Source of the DNA: an uncultured Ignavibacteriales bacterium
GTDB taxonomy: Bacteria > Zixibacteria > MSB-5A5 > GN15 > FEB-12
DNA: 64,000 bases
NCBI GenBank assembly: GCA_964464605.1
Contig: CAYXJN010000002.1
Coordinates: forward strand, 62,001 to 126,000
Direction of reading: 5' to 3'
Within the stretch, counting starts at the first letter, position 1; every line of letters begins with the position of its first letter. Under the pieces are notes generated by a model. The model saw only the letters and a list, made by a program, of their open reading frames with translations. It was not told where the DNA came from and did no database searches. A program made the position numbers and the translations under genes. This document shows, piece after piece, positions 50,001 to 58,166 of this stretch.

Positions 50001-50172
50001 TGCCGATTTAACTTACCTGATCCAATATATCTGGAACTCGGGGCCACCGCCGCCTTGCCCGGATGAAGCCAATATCAATGGCAGCCCGAATAATTCAATA
50101 TCCGTTGCGGATGTCACCTATCTTGTCGCATTCCTCTTCAATAGCGGCATACCACCGGCCGCATGCCCGTGA
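47041..50172 (+). CDS. Secreted SBBP (seven-bladed beta-propeller) repeat protein with TSP3-like repeats and dockerin-like C-terminus
   Basis: GGAG SD before GTG 47041; FIANEGQ, VYPGIDL, EYDFRIEPGANP N-domain; repeated YSTFLGG..D.G..IAVD....YVTG.T.S.FP blades; TSP3-like repeats; RGNVNG..TVADLTYL. Confidence 0.85.
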   Translation: MSAPQKTASLVVVCSLGLVLLLLPIALDARKSRVTLSSDSPTSIASEQGSTGAERLSFIANEGQYDQSVRFRADAGPTTLWFTDNAIFYQLTKTEPEDIFDANDASSVNTHSPRNEHFQLVKVSLQNSLPNPLITGSDKQTAVHNYFIGNTPENWHANVPLYSTITYAKVYPGIDLVYYGTNEYVEYDFRIEPGANPSDIQLTYEGIQGLSVTKDGELAVQTALGTVIEGRPVVFQTNKKGKRTDIRSEYVLKSANTISFKIGHGYDPKLPLTIDPVIRFSTFLGGTANDFGRNVAVNTTRNAFVVGYTAASNFPVQAAWDGTFAGGGSGSYDAFLSKFSNDGDSLIFSTFFGGATGEDKAFSVDIATNGRATVTGSTGSTDFPTANPFQGSNGGGIDAFVVQFSVNGDTLRLGTYLGGTGTDEGIDIALNSSNLIHVAGYTLSSNFPLMVAYDNSLGGTRDGFVTKFSAPGATLAFSTFLGGSLTDDLYGIAIDKTNNIYVAGSSTSNDFPKINAYDSSFNGGTGSGDIVVAKFASAGGTPTYSTYIGTSGDEAALDIAVDTLNRPYICGYTSSASYPLTNAADTTFQGSFEGIVTRLSSSGTSLSYSTFLGGSANDFVNSIAVDNFGQTYVTGNTTSASGFPLADAFQSTLLGTGDAFITCLNLAGNGYVYSTLLGGQFQDFGYGIAIDVSTDSMAYVTGYTGSGNFPLLNPFQNILGGSSDAFLTAISTTPYICFDSDQDGYGDPGHPENECPTDNCPSDSNPAQTDTDSDGLGNPCDNCPTVNNASQADSDGDGIGDACDVCTDTDGDGFGNPGFPANTCPLDNCPSIANPDQANADGDGLGNICDDCTDTDGDGFGNPGYPNNTCPTDNCPTNSNASQTDTDTDGIGNVCDNCPSNSNANQANADGDAFGDACDVCTDTDGDGFGNPGYPANTCPVDNCPFVFNPTQSDTNGNNIGDVCDVGCCVGMIRGNVNGSIDNNITVADLTYLIQYIWNSGPPPPCPDEANINGSPNNSISVADVTYLVAFLFNSGIPPAACP

Positions 50173-50189
50173 TTCACACACGAATATTT

Positions 50190-50224
50190 AAAAACCGGCT
50201 GATGTGTCATCGCCGGTTTTTTTT
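50190..50224. terminator. Bidirectional intrinsic terminator between convergent genes
   Basis: AAAAACCGGC-T-GATG-TGT-CATC-GCCGGTTTTTTTT hairpin with A/T tracts on both sides. Confidence 0.8.
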
Positions 50225-50248
50225 ATGTCTATGATTGCTTTTCGAGAA

Positions 50249-51916
50249 TTATTTGCGTGATTGCAGCACATCTTCTAAAAGCGTACGAATATCTTTCAAG
50301 TGAAACGGCTTTGACAACACAGTCCGAACGCCTTTAAGCGCTACTTCCTCTTTGTTCAACTGTGTTCCCCATCCGGTAATCATAGCAATGGGCAGATTCG
50401 GGTTTTCACGATGAATCCGCTCAGCCAATTCAAGACCGGAAATGCCGGGCATACCGAGATCGGTAATTACCAGATCAAACTGATTTTTAGCGAATGCTTC
50501 AAGGGCAGCGACTGCATCCGGGCAGGATGTCGTTTCGTGTGAATCCATTTCGAGCATGTCACACAGCACACCGCGAATCTGTTCATCGTCATCGACCACC
50601 AGAATCCGAAGTGACTTGGCTTCTCGAACAATTTTGCTCTGTTCAGATGAATCCTCTGTCCGTTCAGCGCGGGGTAAGGTAAAGGTAAACACTGAACCGA
50701 CGCCCGAAAGAGATTCAACGCTGACCGTCCCGCCATGGCGTACAGCGACGCCGTGAACAATCGCCAGTCCGAGCCCTGCGCCCCGGCTTCCTTTGGTTGT
50801 AAAAAACGGATAGAAAACTTTCTTTTGCAGGTCCTTGGCAATTCCCTGCCCAGAGTCTTGCACTTTGATAACAAACATACTGCTGTCTTCAGTCAAGGAA
50901 ACGCGAATAGTAGCGCGGGTCGGTGAAAACTCGGTTGCGTTTTGCAACAGCTTTTCTAAAGCAGTTTGTAAATCATCGGCATTGCCCTGTACGACGGCGG
51001 AATCGATGCTGACATCTTTGATAACCTGTTGATCTTTTTGCGAGGCCAGCACGTACCAGGATGAAGCCCGGTTATTCAGCACTTCAGATACCATCTGAAC
51101 CAAATCAACCGTTTCGACCGACTTATACCGGGCGCTGGTGGTGAACTCCTGAATCCGCTTAACTGTTTCCGCCCCTTCAAGGATCATCCCTTCCATATTG
51201 CGCAAATCATTTTGCGAGCGCTGATCGGAAAGACGGAGCTTCATCAGTTCTATCCGACCGATTAATGCACCAAAGATATTATTGAAATCGTGGGCCACGC
51301 CGGATGTCATATCGGAAAGGGCGGCCAGCGTTTCTAAGTTAGCGACTTTGGTTGTCGATTCCCGCAGCAAGTCATTAGCGCGCTGTAATGACTTAACCAA
51401 GTACATGGTATTCAAGGCCGATGAGGCGCAGCTTAAAAAGAGGGAAAGCTCTTCGGTGTTCCAGTTTTCCTGGCTGTTTGGACTAAACAATAAAAAGAGA
51501 ATATGCTTTTTGTTGGTCAACCGGCAACCAGCCATCATGATGGAAGTTTGTTCTCTTTCAAACAAACCGTCTGCTGTCTGCCAGTCCAGTTTACCGTCAT
51601 TCGATGTTCGGCGATACAGCGCTTCTGCCGCCAGCGACAATCCCTTTTGATCGAGGGCTGTATCGGTGTCCGTATCGACCATGATTCTATGCTGTTCCGC
51701 CTCTGAATCGCTCAATACAACAACGACAACGCGACATTTCGTCGCTATCTCCTGCAGCCGACCGACCAACTCAGACATAAGCTGGTTGACGTTCATATGC
51801 ACGAAAGAGCGTTCAAAAATGCCGAACAAGTCCCTGGCCCCCTGCCAGGACGTTCTGTCCCCAGTCGTTTCTGTCGCTTCGGTCGGGGGTATGAGGCTAT
51901 GTGGTGTCTGTTCCAT
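50249..51916 (-). CDS. Cytoplasmic hybrid sensor histidine kinase / response regulator
   Basis: H-box GVAHDFNN; N, G1, F and G2 boxes (QNA, DSGQGI, PFFTTK, GAGLGL); receiver ILVVDDD...ITDLGMPG...KPF. Confidence 0.93.
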   Translation of the reverse strand: MEQTPHSLIPPTEATETTGDRTSWQGARDLFGIFERSFVHMNVNQLMSELVGRLQEIATKCRVVVVVLSDSEAEQHRIMVDTDTDTALDQKGLSLAAEALYRRTSNDGKLDWQTADGLFEREQTSIMMAGCRLTNKKHILFLLFSPNSQENWNTEELSLFLSCASSALNTMYLVKSLQRANDLLRESTTKVANLETLAALSDMTSGVAHDFNNIFGALIGRIELMKLRLSDQRSQNDLRNMEGMILEGAETVKRIQEFTTSARYKSVETVDLVQMVSEVLNNRASSWYVLASQKDQQVIKDVSIDSAVVQGNADDLQTALEKLLQNATEFSPTRATIRVSLTEDSSMFVIKVQDSGQGIAKDLQKKVFYPFFTTKGSRGAGLGLAIVHGVAVRHGGTVSVESLSGVGSVFTFTLPRAERTEDSSEQSKIVREAKSLRILVVDDDEQIRGVLCDMLEMDSHETTSCPDAVAALEAFAKNQFDLVITDLGMPGISGLELAERIHRENPNLPIAMITGWGTQLNKEEVALKGVRTVLSKPFHLKDIRTLLEDVLQSRK

Positions 51917-51964
51917 CTGACGTTTTTACAACCATTCCTTCATGGAATGATATAGTCTCAACCT

Positions 51965-53989
51965 TTATTCACAAGCTGACGCCGTTTCAAATACTTTTGA
52001 CATTCTCCGTGCCGAGCGATCGATAATCGATAAATACCGCTGCACATGTTCATCCTGAGCGGCAGGCGATGATTGCAGCATCTCAAGCGATCCGACAATA
52101 CCGGACAGTGATGAGCGCACAGCCGGACGAACGGTTTCGTTGGCGAACAATTCTTTGCGGGATTCTCCTGATTTTCCGGTCTGTGAGTAAAACAAATCAG
52201 CAGCCATCATCCGGTGGATAACCGTACCAACCACTCCCGCCAACGCCTGAACCAGCACGATATCCTGCTGTGAGAACAATCCACGGCTCGTTTCCCGCAT
52301 ATCACCACAACCGATAACACCGACGGTAGAGCCGTTGGCGCGGATCGGCATGAGCAGCATCTGTTTGACGGAGGGAGCGAAAACTAATACCGCTTCGGAT
52401 TCGCTGATTTCATTTCTATCGGTCTGGCAATACAATGGTTCGGCAATTTCGCCGGATATCAATTTAGCGTGCTGTGGTAATACCGAAAGCACCATGTGAC
52501 CATCTGACGGCGTACTGACATGCGTCGCGTGTGATGTGCTCAAATAACGGGAGCGGAGAGTAACGCCATCGGGGTCGAGCATGGATATCCTGATGATCGA
52601 GGCATTGATAATCCGTGAAATCGTCTGCCCCGTCTGTTCTATCACTTCATGCACCGAACGATTTGCAGCGACATTCCGGAGCAGATCGGAAACCACCAGT
52701 ACGCGGTTGTGATAATCCGAGAACACTTCGCGGGAAAGTTCACGCTGGACGATCTCCCGAACGATCGGTGATATCGCTTCAAGCAGACTCGCATCCTTAC
52801 GACCGTATTTTCTTTCCTCTTTCGATGCTATGGTGAGCACAACCTGCGCCGACGGGCCGGTCATTGCCTGCAGTGAAATAAGCGACTGCAGTCCATTGCG
52901 ACGTAACAGATCATCCGAAGCTGAAGCTCTGTCTTCAGAAATGTTATGTATCAAGAGCGTTTGATTGCGATTCAATACGCTTGAAACATGGCTCGGCTGC
53001 CTGAACAGATTGATACGGTGCTCATCCAACACGCCACCCGCTTCACTGACAGAAATACGGCGCATCACCTGAGGAGAAGTCAGAATACCGACCGATAGCA
53101 AATCGACCGACATCTTTTCCCGAACCAAAGCAAGAAGCACCGGCAACTGATCGCGTAATGCTTGTTCAGCCGTAAACTGACGCTGTCCTTCGACCCGCCA
53201 GTTATCCCGATCGACAAGAAATTCATGTTTTAAGCGGAGCCGCTCGGTTTCAACAATCCGAGCTACCACATTAGCGGCCAGTTTCATGGTCTGCAGATCT
53301 TCTGCATCCCAGGCTGCCTGTTTTCCCCGCCAAAGCACAAAGGCGGCGGCAATACCGGCTTCGGTTACGACCGGAACAATCGTGTCTGGATGCGTCAACC
53401 CCGCAGCTACCGGAATTGCAGTAACCTCCAAAATCGTCGGCTGTAAATCAAAACTGATTTTTTTGTATGTATCCGCATCGATAGCAATCGTGCCGTCAGC
53501 ACAGACGAAGTTCATTCCAACCGCACGGGAGCGAATGAACAAAGCACCATGTTCGCAGTTAAACCCGCGAACGAACGTTTGCAATGACTTTTCAAGTAAT
53601 ACGGAGGTACGACGTTCGACCTGTGAAAGCTGTTCGATATGTTTTAGCACTTCAGAGCGCTGGATTTCTGAGGAAAGGCCGGAGGAAGCATCCTGCGAGG
53701 CAAACCGTTTTGACACACCGAGCGCAACGCAGACTATCCCGGTTATCATCCCGATCCAAACGAGTAACTGATACACCCATGCTTCCGAGAGCATTGGTAC
53801 GTTCGCCAGCAGTTGATATGAGCTTACTAACTCAAGCACGGAAACCGAGACAAGAAAGGATAATCCAAGCATGAGATTCCGTAACCCCTCTTTATCCCGG
53901 CGTACGGCACGACGGTAAAAATGCACCGTTACCAGCAAAGCGCCGACAAAGAAAATACTCACAAGGATATCGACCATTGGTAGTTTCAT
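51965..53989 (-). CDS. Membrane-anchored multi-GAF-like sensor with degenerate HisKA-like tail (no His, no ATPase domain)
   Basis: Three N-terminal TM segments; GAF-like ends (W..EDLQTMKLAA, LRRNGLQSLI..YGRKDASLL, MPIRANGSTVGVI..FSQQDIVLVQALA); tail RPAVRSSLSGIVGSLEML..RYLSIIDRSARRM. Confidence 0.7.
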   Translation of the reverse strand: MKLPMVDILVSIFFVGALLVTVHFYRRAVRRDKEGLRNLMLGLSFLVSVSVLELVSSYQLLANVPMLSEAWVYQLLVWIGMITGIVCVALGVSKRFASQDASSGLSSEIQRSEVLKHIEQLSQVERRTSVLLEKSLQTFVRGFNCEHGALFIRSRAVGMNFVCADGTIAIDADTYKKISFDLQPTILEVTAIPVAAGLTHPDTIVPVVTEAGIAAAFVLWRGKQAAWDAEDLQTMKLAANVVARIVETERLRLKHEFLVDRDNWRVEGQRQFTAEQALRDQLPVLLALVREKMSVDLLSVGILTSPQVMRRISVSEAGGVLDEHRINLFRQPSHVSSVLNRNQTLLIHNISEDRASASDDLLRRNGLQSLISLQAMTGPSAQVVLTIASKEERKYGRKDASLLEAISPIVREIVQRELSREVFSDYHNRVLVVSDLLRNVAANRSVHEVIEQTGQTISRIINASIIRISMLDPDGVTLRSRYLSTSHATHVSTPSDGHMVLSVLPQHAKLISGEIAEPLYCQTDRNEISESEAVLVFAPSVKQMLLMPIRANGSTVGVIGCGDMRETSRGLFSQQDIVLVQALAGVVGTVIHRMMAADLFYSQTGKSGESRKELFANETVRPAVRSSLSGIVGSLEMLQSSPAAQDEHVQRYLSIIDRSARRMSKVFETASACE

Positions 53990-54026
53990 AATGCTGTTTC
54001 CACCCGTAATTTCATGTTACTTATCA

Positions 54027-54053
54027 ATATCGGCATTATCCGGTTCTCCCTTA
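54027..54053 (-). promoter_or_regulatory. sigma28/FliA-like promoter TAAG-N15-GCCGATAT upstream of the GAF sensor gene
   Basis: Matches TAAA-N15-GCCGATAA with one mismatch per box and exact spacing. Confidence 0.45.
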
Positions 54054-54260
54054 GAAATCCCCCCCAAATGTCCGGTTTTCTTCCGAGAGAGAGTGGCTTG
54101 TACCCAATAATTCCTACTAAATCAGCTTAAAGTTAGTCGTTCGATTAGATATGTAATGTTCTGTTTAACAACAAGATACGGCGACGTATTTCGACGGGTA
54201 CAGGGTTTGCGGGACCACGGGGATAACCTGTATTGGAACACTTGGAGGAGAACAGTCATC

Positions 54261-54980
54261 ATGCGCACGAGTACAACAGCGGGACTTTTGGGGAGTATTC
54301 TTCTGACTACGGGCCTTTTGATAGGCTGCGGAAAAGAAGAAATCATCATCAACTCATCATCCGGCAGTAATGTAAACAGCGGCGTAACGAATTATTTCCC
54401 GCTTGAAAGCGGCTACGTTACCAAATTTGCCGTTCGTACGGCGAGCGGTGAAACCTGGGTCGATAACTACAGCATCGGCGGTGATGAGCAGGTACAAACA
54501 ATCATGGCTACCGCCCGTTTCAAATATGGCGCTGCGCCGATTGATACCGGCTATTATTACGCCACCAACAATGCCCTCTACTTTTATGCCCACCGTTCTG
54601 CGGAGCCGGAAAAACTGCTTGAGCTTCCGCTCGCGGTAGGACAAAGCTGGGAACGCTTCCCCACCTCCGGATCGGGTGGCGGTGGAACAGGACCGGACAC
54701 GTCAGACGGTGAACCGCTTTTGTCTTCGAACAACTTTCCGAGCGCCGGTTCAAATCTGATTACTGTTCGCGGAATCGAAACGATTACCCTGAGCAACGGT
54801 TTTGTTTTCAGCGGTGTCGTGAAACTGTCAACGTCCGGCAGTGTCGCCAACTCGGGTGATGAAAACCTCTACTGGTTCGCTCCCGGTGTCGGTTTGGTGA
54901 AGTACGTACTGGGCGCATCCGGTACACTCAGTACCGCCGAAGGACAAGTGGTTGGTGAGTTATTGGATTATTGGGATTAA
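54261..54980 (+). CDS. Lipoprotein of unknown function (beta-rich)
   Basis: GGAGGAG SD before ATG 54261; lipobox LLIGC; NYFPL..G and YWFAPGVGLVKY motifs. Confidence 0.75.
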   Translation: MRTSTTAGLLGSILLTTGLLIGCGKEEIIINSSSGSNVNSGVTNYFPLESGYVTKFAVRTASGETWVDNYSIGGDEQVQTIMATARFKYGAAPIDTGYYYATNNALYFYAHRSAEPEKLLELPLAVGQSWERFPTSGSGGGGTGPDTSDGEPLLSSNNFPSAGSNLITVRGIETITLSNGFVFSGVVKLSTSGSVANSGDENLYWFAPGVGLVKYVLGASGTLSTAEGQVVGELLDYWD

Positions 54981-55003
54981 GTAATTAAAGATCTACACGA
55001 TTC

Positions 55004-55032
55004 AGACGCGGTGGAAACATCGCGTCTTTTTT
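55004..55032 (+). terminator. Intrinsic terminator after the lipoprotein gene
   Basis: AGACGCGGTG-GAAA-CATCGCGTCT followed by a T-tract. Confidence 0.82.
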
Positions 55033-55034
55033 AT

Positions 55035-55691
55035 TTAGTGCGAGATAAGTGTATTGGCTAAGGCGCGTCCATAATTCTTGAAATGGACTTTTGCTACCTG
55101 CTTCAATACATCAGGGCCATACTTGGCAACTAAGCGGCGTCCCGCTTCATCAACATGCGCTGCCGCGCCCTTTGGGATTTCCATCCCATATTGTTTTGAA
55201 AATTGTTCCATCTGATGAACAAATTCAGCACGAGCCAAAATCGATGCCGCCGCTACCTGAGGAATTCGTTCTCCCCCGGTTATCTGCTGCATTTTGATTT
55301 TGCTGTCCCGCTTTTTAAGTTCCCGTTCGATAAGTTCCGGTTTGCCGAATTTGTCGGAGATTGCCAGATCAGCCGGTTCATTTTGTAAAACGCGGAAAAT
55401 CGCTTCGGCATGTTCTTCCGCTAATAGAAAGTTTAGGTTCTTGATAATGCCATAGCGTTGATTATACATTTCCGGCGTACAAACCAGTACGACATTAGGA
55501 AATCGCTCTCGCAATTGTTCAGCTATCGTTGCAATACGCCCATCCGAAAGCACTTTGGAATCACGAACACCCAGTTCTTGCAGTCTGGGTATCTCATCAT
55601 CAGATGCAAGAAAGGCCGCTACTACGAGCGGCCCGAAGAAATCTCCCTTGCCTGCTTCATCGACGCCGATTACCCGACGCGATTGCGGCAT
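55035..55691 (-). CDS. rnhC: Ribonuclease HIII-type (catalytic domain only)
   Basis: IGVDEAGKGDFFGPL, DSK, SDKF, VAAASILAR, KVHFKN; the GKGD motif is HIII-like rather than HII (GRG). Confidence 0.8.
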   Translation of the reverse strand: MPQSRRVIGVDEAGKGDFFGPLVVAAFLASDDEIPRLQELGVRDSKVLSDGRIATIAEQLRERFPNVVLVCTPEMYNQRYGIIKNLNFLLAEEHAEAIFRVLQNEPADLAISDKFGKPELIERELKKRDSKIKMQQITGGERIPQVAAASILARAEFVHQMEQFSKQYGMEIPKGAAAHVDEAGRRLVAKYGPDVLKQVAKVHFKNYGRALANTLISH

Positions 55692-55693
55692 GT

Positions 55694-56251
55694 CTATGCC
55701 CGCTCCAGATATTCACCGGTACGGGTATCGACTTTAACCATTTCCCCTTCTTTAACGAACGGGGGAACTTTCACTATCAAGCCGGTTACGAGTGTCGCCG
55801 GTTTGGTGACGTTCGACACGGTATCTCCGCGAACTACCGGTTCCGTTGAGACAACCTGTAAAACGACAGAGGCAGGTAATTCGAGTGATATAGGTTCGTT
55901 ATCGAGAAAGAGAACTTTGTATTCCTGATTTTCGATCAAATACCATTTGGTATCAGCAAGGCTGTCAGCCGGAATGGCAATTTGCTCAAAGGTCTGTACG
56001 TCCATGAACGAATACTCACCGCCGTTTTCGTACATGTACTGCATTTTCTTTGATTCCATATCCGGCGGCGGGAATACATCCCCAGAACCGAAAACCTTTT
56101 CGACTACCGCGCCGGTTTTGATATGTCTCAGCTTGGTCCGGATATTGGCCCGGCCACGCCCCATTTGGAAATGTTGAAATTCAACAATAGAATACGGCTG
56201 ACCATCAACCATAATTCGCAGGCCGCGCCGGAAATCAGACGGTGTAAACAC
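55694..56251 (-). CDS. efp: Elongation factor P
   Basis: GGAGG SD before GTG 56251; KOW-OB-OB layout; VRGDT..KPATL.TG..VKVPPFV..GE..KVDTRTGEYLERA. Confidence 0.96.
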   Translation of the reverse strand: MFTPSDFRRGLRIMVDGQPYSIVEFQHFQMGRGRANIRTKLRHIKTGAVVEKVFGSGDVFPPPDMESKKMQYMYENGGEYSFMDVQTFEQIAIPADSLADTKWYLIENQEYKVLFLDNEPISLELPASVVLQVVSTEPVVRGDTVSNVTKPATLVTGLIVKVPPFVKEGEMVKVDTRTGEYLERA

Positions 56252-56278
56252 GTGTTCCTCCAAAAATCATAGACAACA

Positions 56279-56307
56279 AATATACAGGGGAAGAAGAAAA
56301 AGGCCAA
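56279..56307 (-). promoter_or_regulatory. Putative sigma70 promoter TTGGCC-N17-TATATT for efp-rnhC
   Basis: Consensus-like hexamers, 17-nt spacer. Confidence 0.5.
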
Positions 56308-56315
56308 CCGTTTTC

Positions 56316-58151
56316 TTAACGAGTCGGTATGACAGGGATTTCCGAAAGTTCCGGTTTCAGAGAAAAAAGCATAACGGTACAGGTTGTCCCCTGACCCGGG
56401 ACAGATTCAAGCGATACTCTTCCCCCATGCAGTTCGACAATCTTCCTGGCTAACACTAAGCCGAGGCCATTGCCATCTGGACGGGAGGAATAAAACGGAG
56501 TAAAGAGTTTTTCCATTACTTCGGGAGCAATTCCCTTTCCAGTATCGGTGACTGCCAGCGTAAGCATACTGCCGTCGAACTGTGCCGCGACGGTTACCGT
56601 TCCGTTTTCGGATGCCTGCAGTGCATTTTCAACAAGATTGGTAATCGCCTGCTTCATCAACAAGGGATCAAACCAAACCGTGCCGCTGCACTGATTCTTG
56701 ACAGTAATGTTTCTGTGCTGATAAATACTTTGCATTTGTAGTGATGAAACCACCCCATTTAGAAAATCAGCCATATCGACATTGTGAAACTGCACCTGCA
56801 TTGGTTTGGACAATTCCAAAAAGCGGCTGATTAATTCATTCGCCTGGGTTGCTTCATCGACCAGTGTTTCCGACCGTTGCGCAACCGTTTCTGGTTCACT
56901 ATGGTTACGGCGAATCAGGCGACCATACCCGACAATCGCGCCAAGGGAGTTACGCAGCTGATGCGCCAACCCGGCCGCCATTTCACCCAACGCTGCCTGT
57001 CGGCGGCTCTGCTCTAAATCGACACGAAGTTTATGCAGTTCGGTAATATCGCTGAACAACACGCAGAAACCGACAACCGCGCCGGATTCATCATGAATCT
57101 GCGAAGCGGAATAGCCGATCTTTATCTGTTTTGCCGATTTTACTGTCAGTTCGGCTTCACGCCAGGTGATTGTTTTTCCATCCGAGCGGGCTGCCGACAA
57201 CTGCTCTGTTTCTGTTTTTTCTAAAGCGAATACATCTGCAAGTCGAGTTCCGACAATTGCGTTTTTATCAACGCCCAACAGTACCGCGCCGTAGTCATTG
57301 ATTGCGATAATGTTTCCATCCGGTGAACAGGACAAAAGCCCGGTTTGCATTGATCCGACGATATACTGATTGAATCCCTCAACTGATTTCGCCCGTCGCT
57401 GGGCAGTTTCATGCAGTTTTCTCAGTTCCCGCTCTTTATCCTGAAGCTCTTCGATTATCTGTTGGTATCGGGCGATAACCGCTTCGACATTGTCCTCAGG
57501 CAAATCTCCTCCCCGTCCCGCTTTTTGCGCCGCGGCACGAAGAATTTTGAACGGCTTAACGAAAGAACGATAGAGAACAAAATAGACGCCGAGACAGACT
57601 AACATGCCTATACATCCTACGATAAACAACGTGTTACCGGCATCTTCCAAATACGCCAGATTGGACTCGCTGTACGCCAATACTAATAGAAAAACCCTAT
57701 TTCCTTTTTTTAGGCGGCTGGCAAAATAGTAGGAATCATCTTTCCCTCGAACGACCGCTCCAACTCCTTTTTCCTGAAGTTCCCGGTACACCGCTGATTG
57801 CAAGTAGTCGTGCGGAAATGTCGCTGAATGTGCAATAATGCCGACAGTTTCGCCTGCTGATGACGGATTAGTCAGGAATGCTACGTTGGCCAATCCAAAC
57901 TGTCGCTGTAATTGCGTCATGGCAGAGTCATCGAGCCAAGCCTCATACTCTGAAGCCATCGACCGGGCGATACCGATTGTGCTCATGGTAAATTTTACGA
58001 CTAAATCATCGCGCAAATTCGCTTTTTGCCGGTAGATGTAAAGATTGGAAAGAAAATTAAGCGATACCAGAATGAGAATCAGGACTAACAACCCAACATG
58101 GATTTCTGAGGTCAGTTTTACCCCTGATGTTTTGCTATATTGTTTCATCAT
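56316..58151 (-). CDS. Membrane sensor histidine kinase with PAS domain (NtrB/PilS-like)
   Basis: Two TM segments, coiled coil, PAS ending FSDITE, H-box LGEMAAGLAHQLRNSL, NLVENA, DTGKGI, PFYSS, GNGLGL. Confidence 0.92.
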   Translation of the reverse strand: MMKQYSKTSGVKLTSEIHVGLLVLILILVSLNFLSNLYIYRQKANLRDDLVVKFTMSTIGIARSMASEYEAWLDDSAMTQLQRQFGLANVAFLTNPSSAGETVGIIAHSATFPHDYLQSAVYRELQEKGVGAVVRGKDDSYYFASRLKKGNRVFLLVLAYSESNLAYLEDAGNTLFIVGCIGMLVCLGVYFVLYRSFVKPFKILRAAAQKAGRGGDLPEDNVEAVIARYQQIIEELQDKERELRKLHETAQRRAKSVEGFNQYIVGSMQTGLLSCSPDGNIIAINDYGAVLLGVDKNAIVGTRLADVFALEKTETEQLSAARSDGKTITWREAELTVKSAKQIKIGYSASQIHDESGAVVGFCVLFSDITELHKLRVDLEQSRRQAALGEMAAGLAHQLRNSLGAIVGYGRLIRRNHSEPETVAQRSETLVDEATQANELISRFLELSKPMQVQFHNVDMADFLNGVVSSLQMQSIYQHRNITVKNQCSGTVWFDPLLMKQAITNLVENALQASENGTVTVAAQFDGSMLTLAVTDTGKGIAPEVMEKLFTPFYSSRPDGNGLGLVLARKIVELHGGRVSLESVPGQGTTCTVMLFSLKPELSEIPVIPTR

Positions 58152-58166
58152 ATCGGTAATTCGGGA

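Noticed and set aside
38648..50224. Genomic island integrated at tRNA-Thr carrying the RAYT and secreted-protein genes
   Set aside because: No integrase, and I saw no duplicated tRNA 3' end (att site) downstream. The strand switch alone is not enough evidence.
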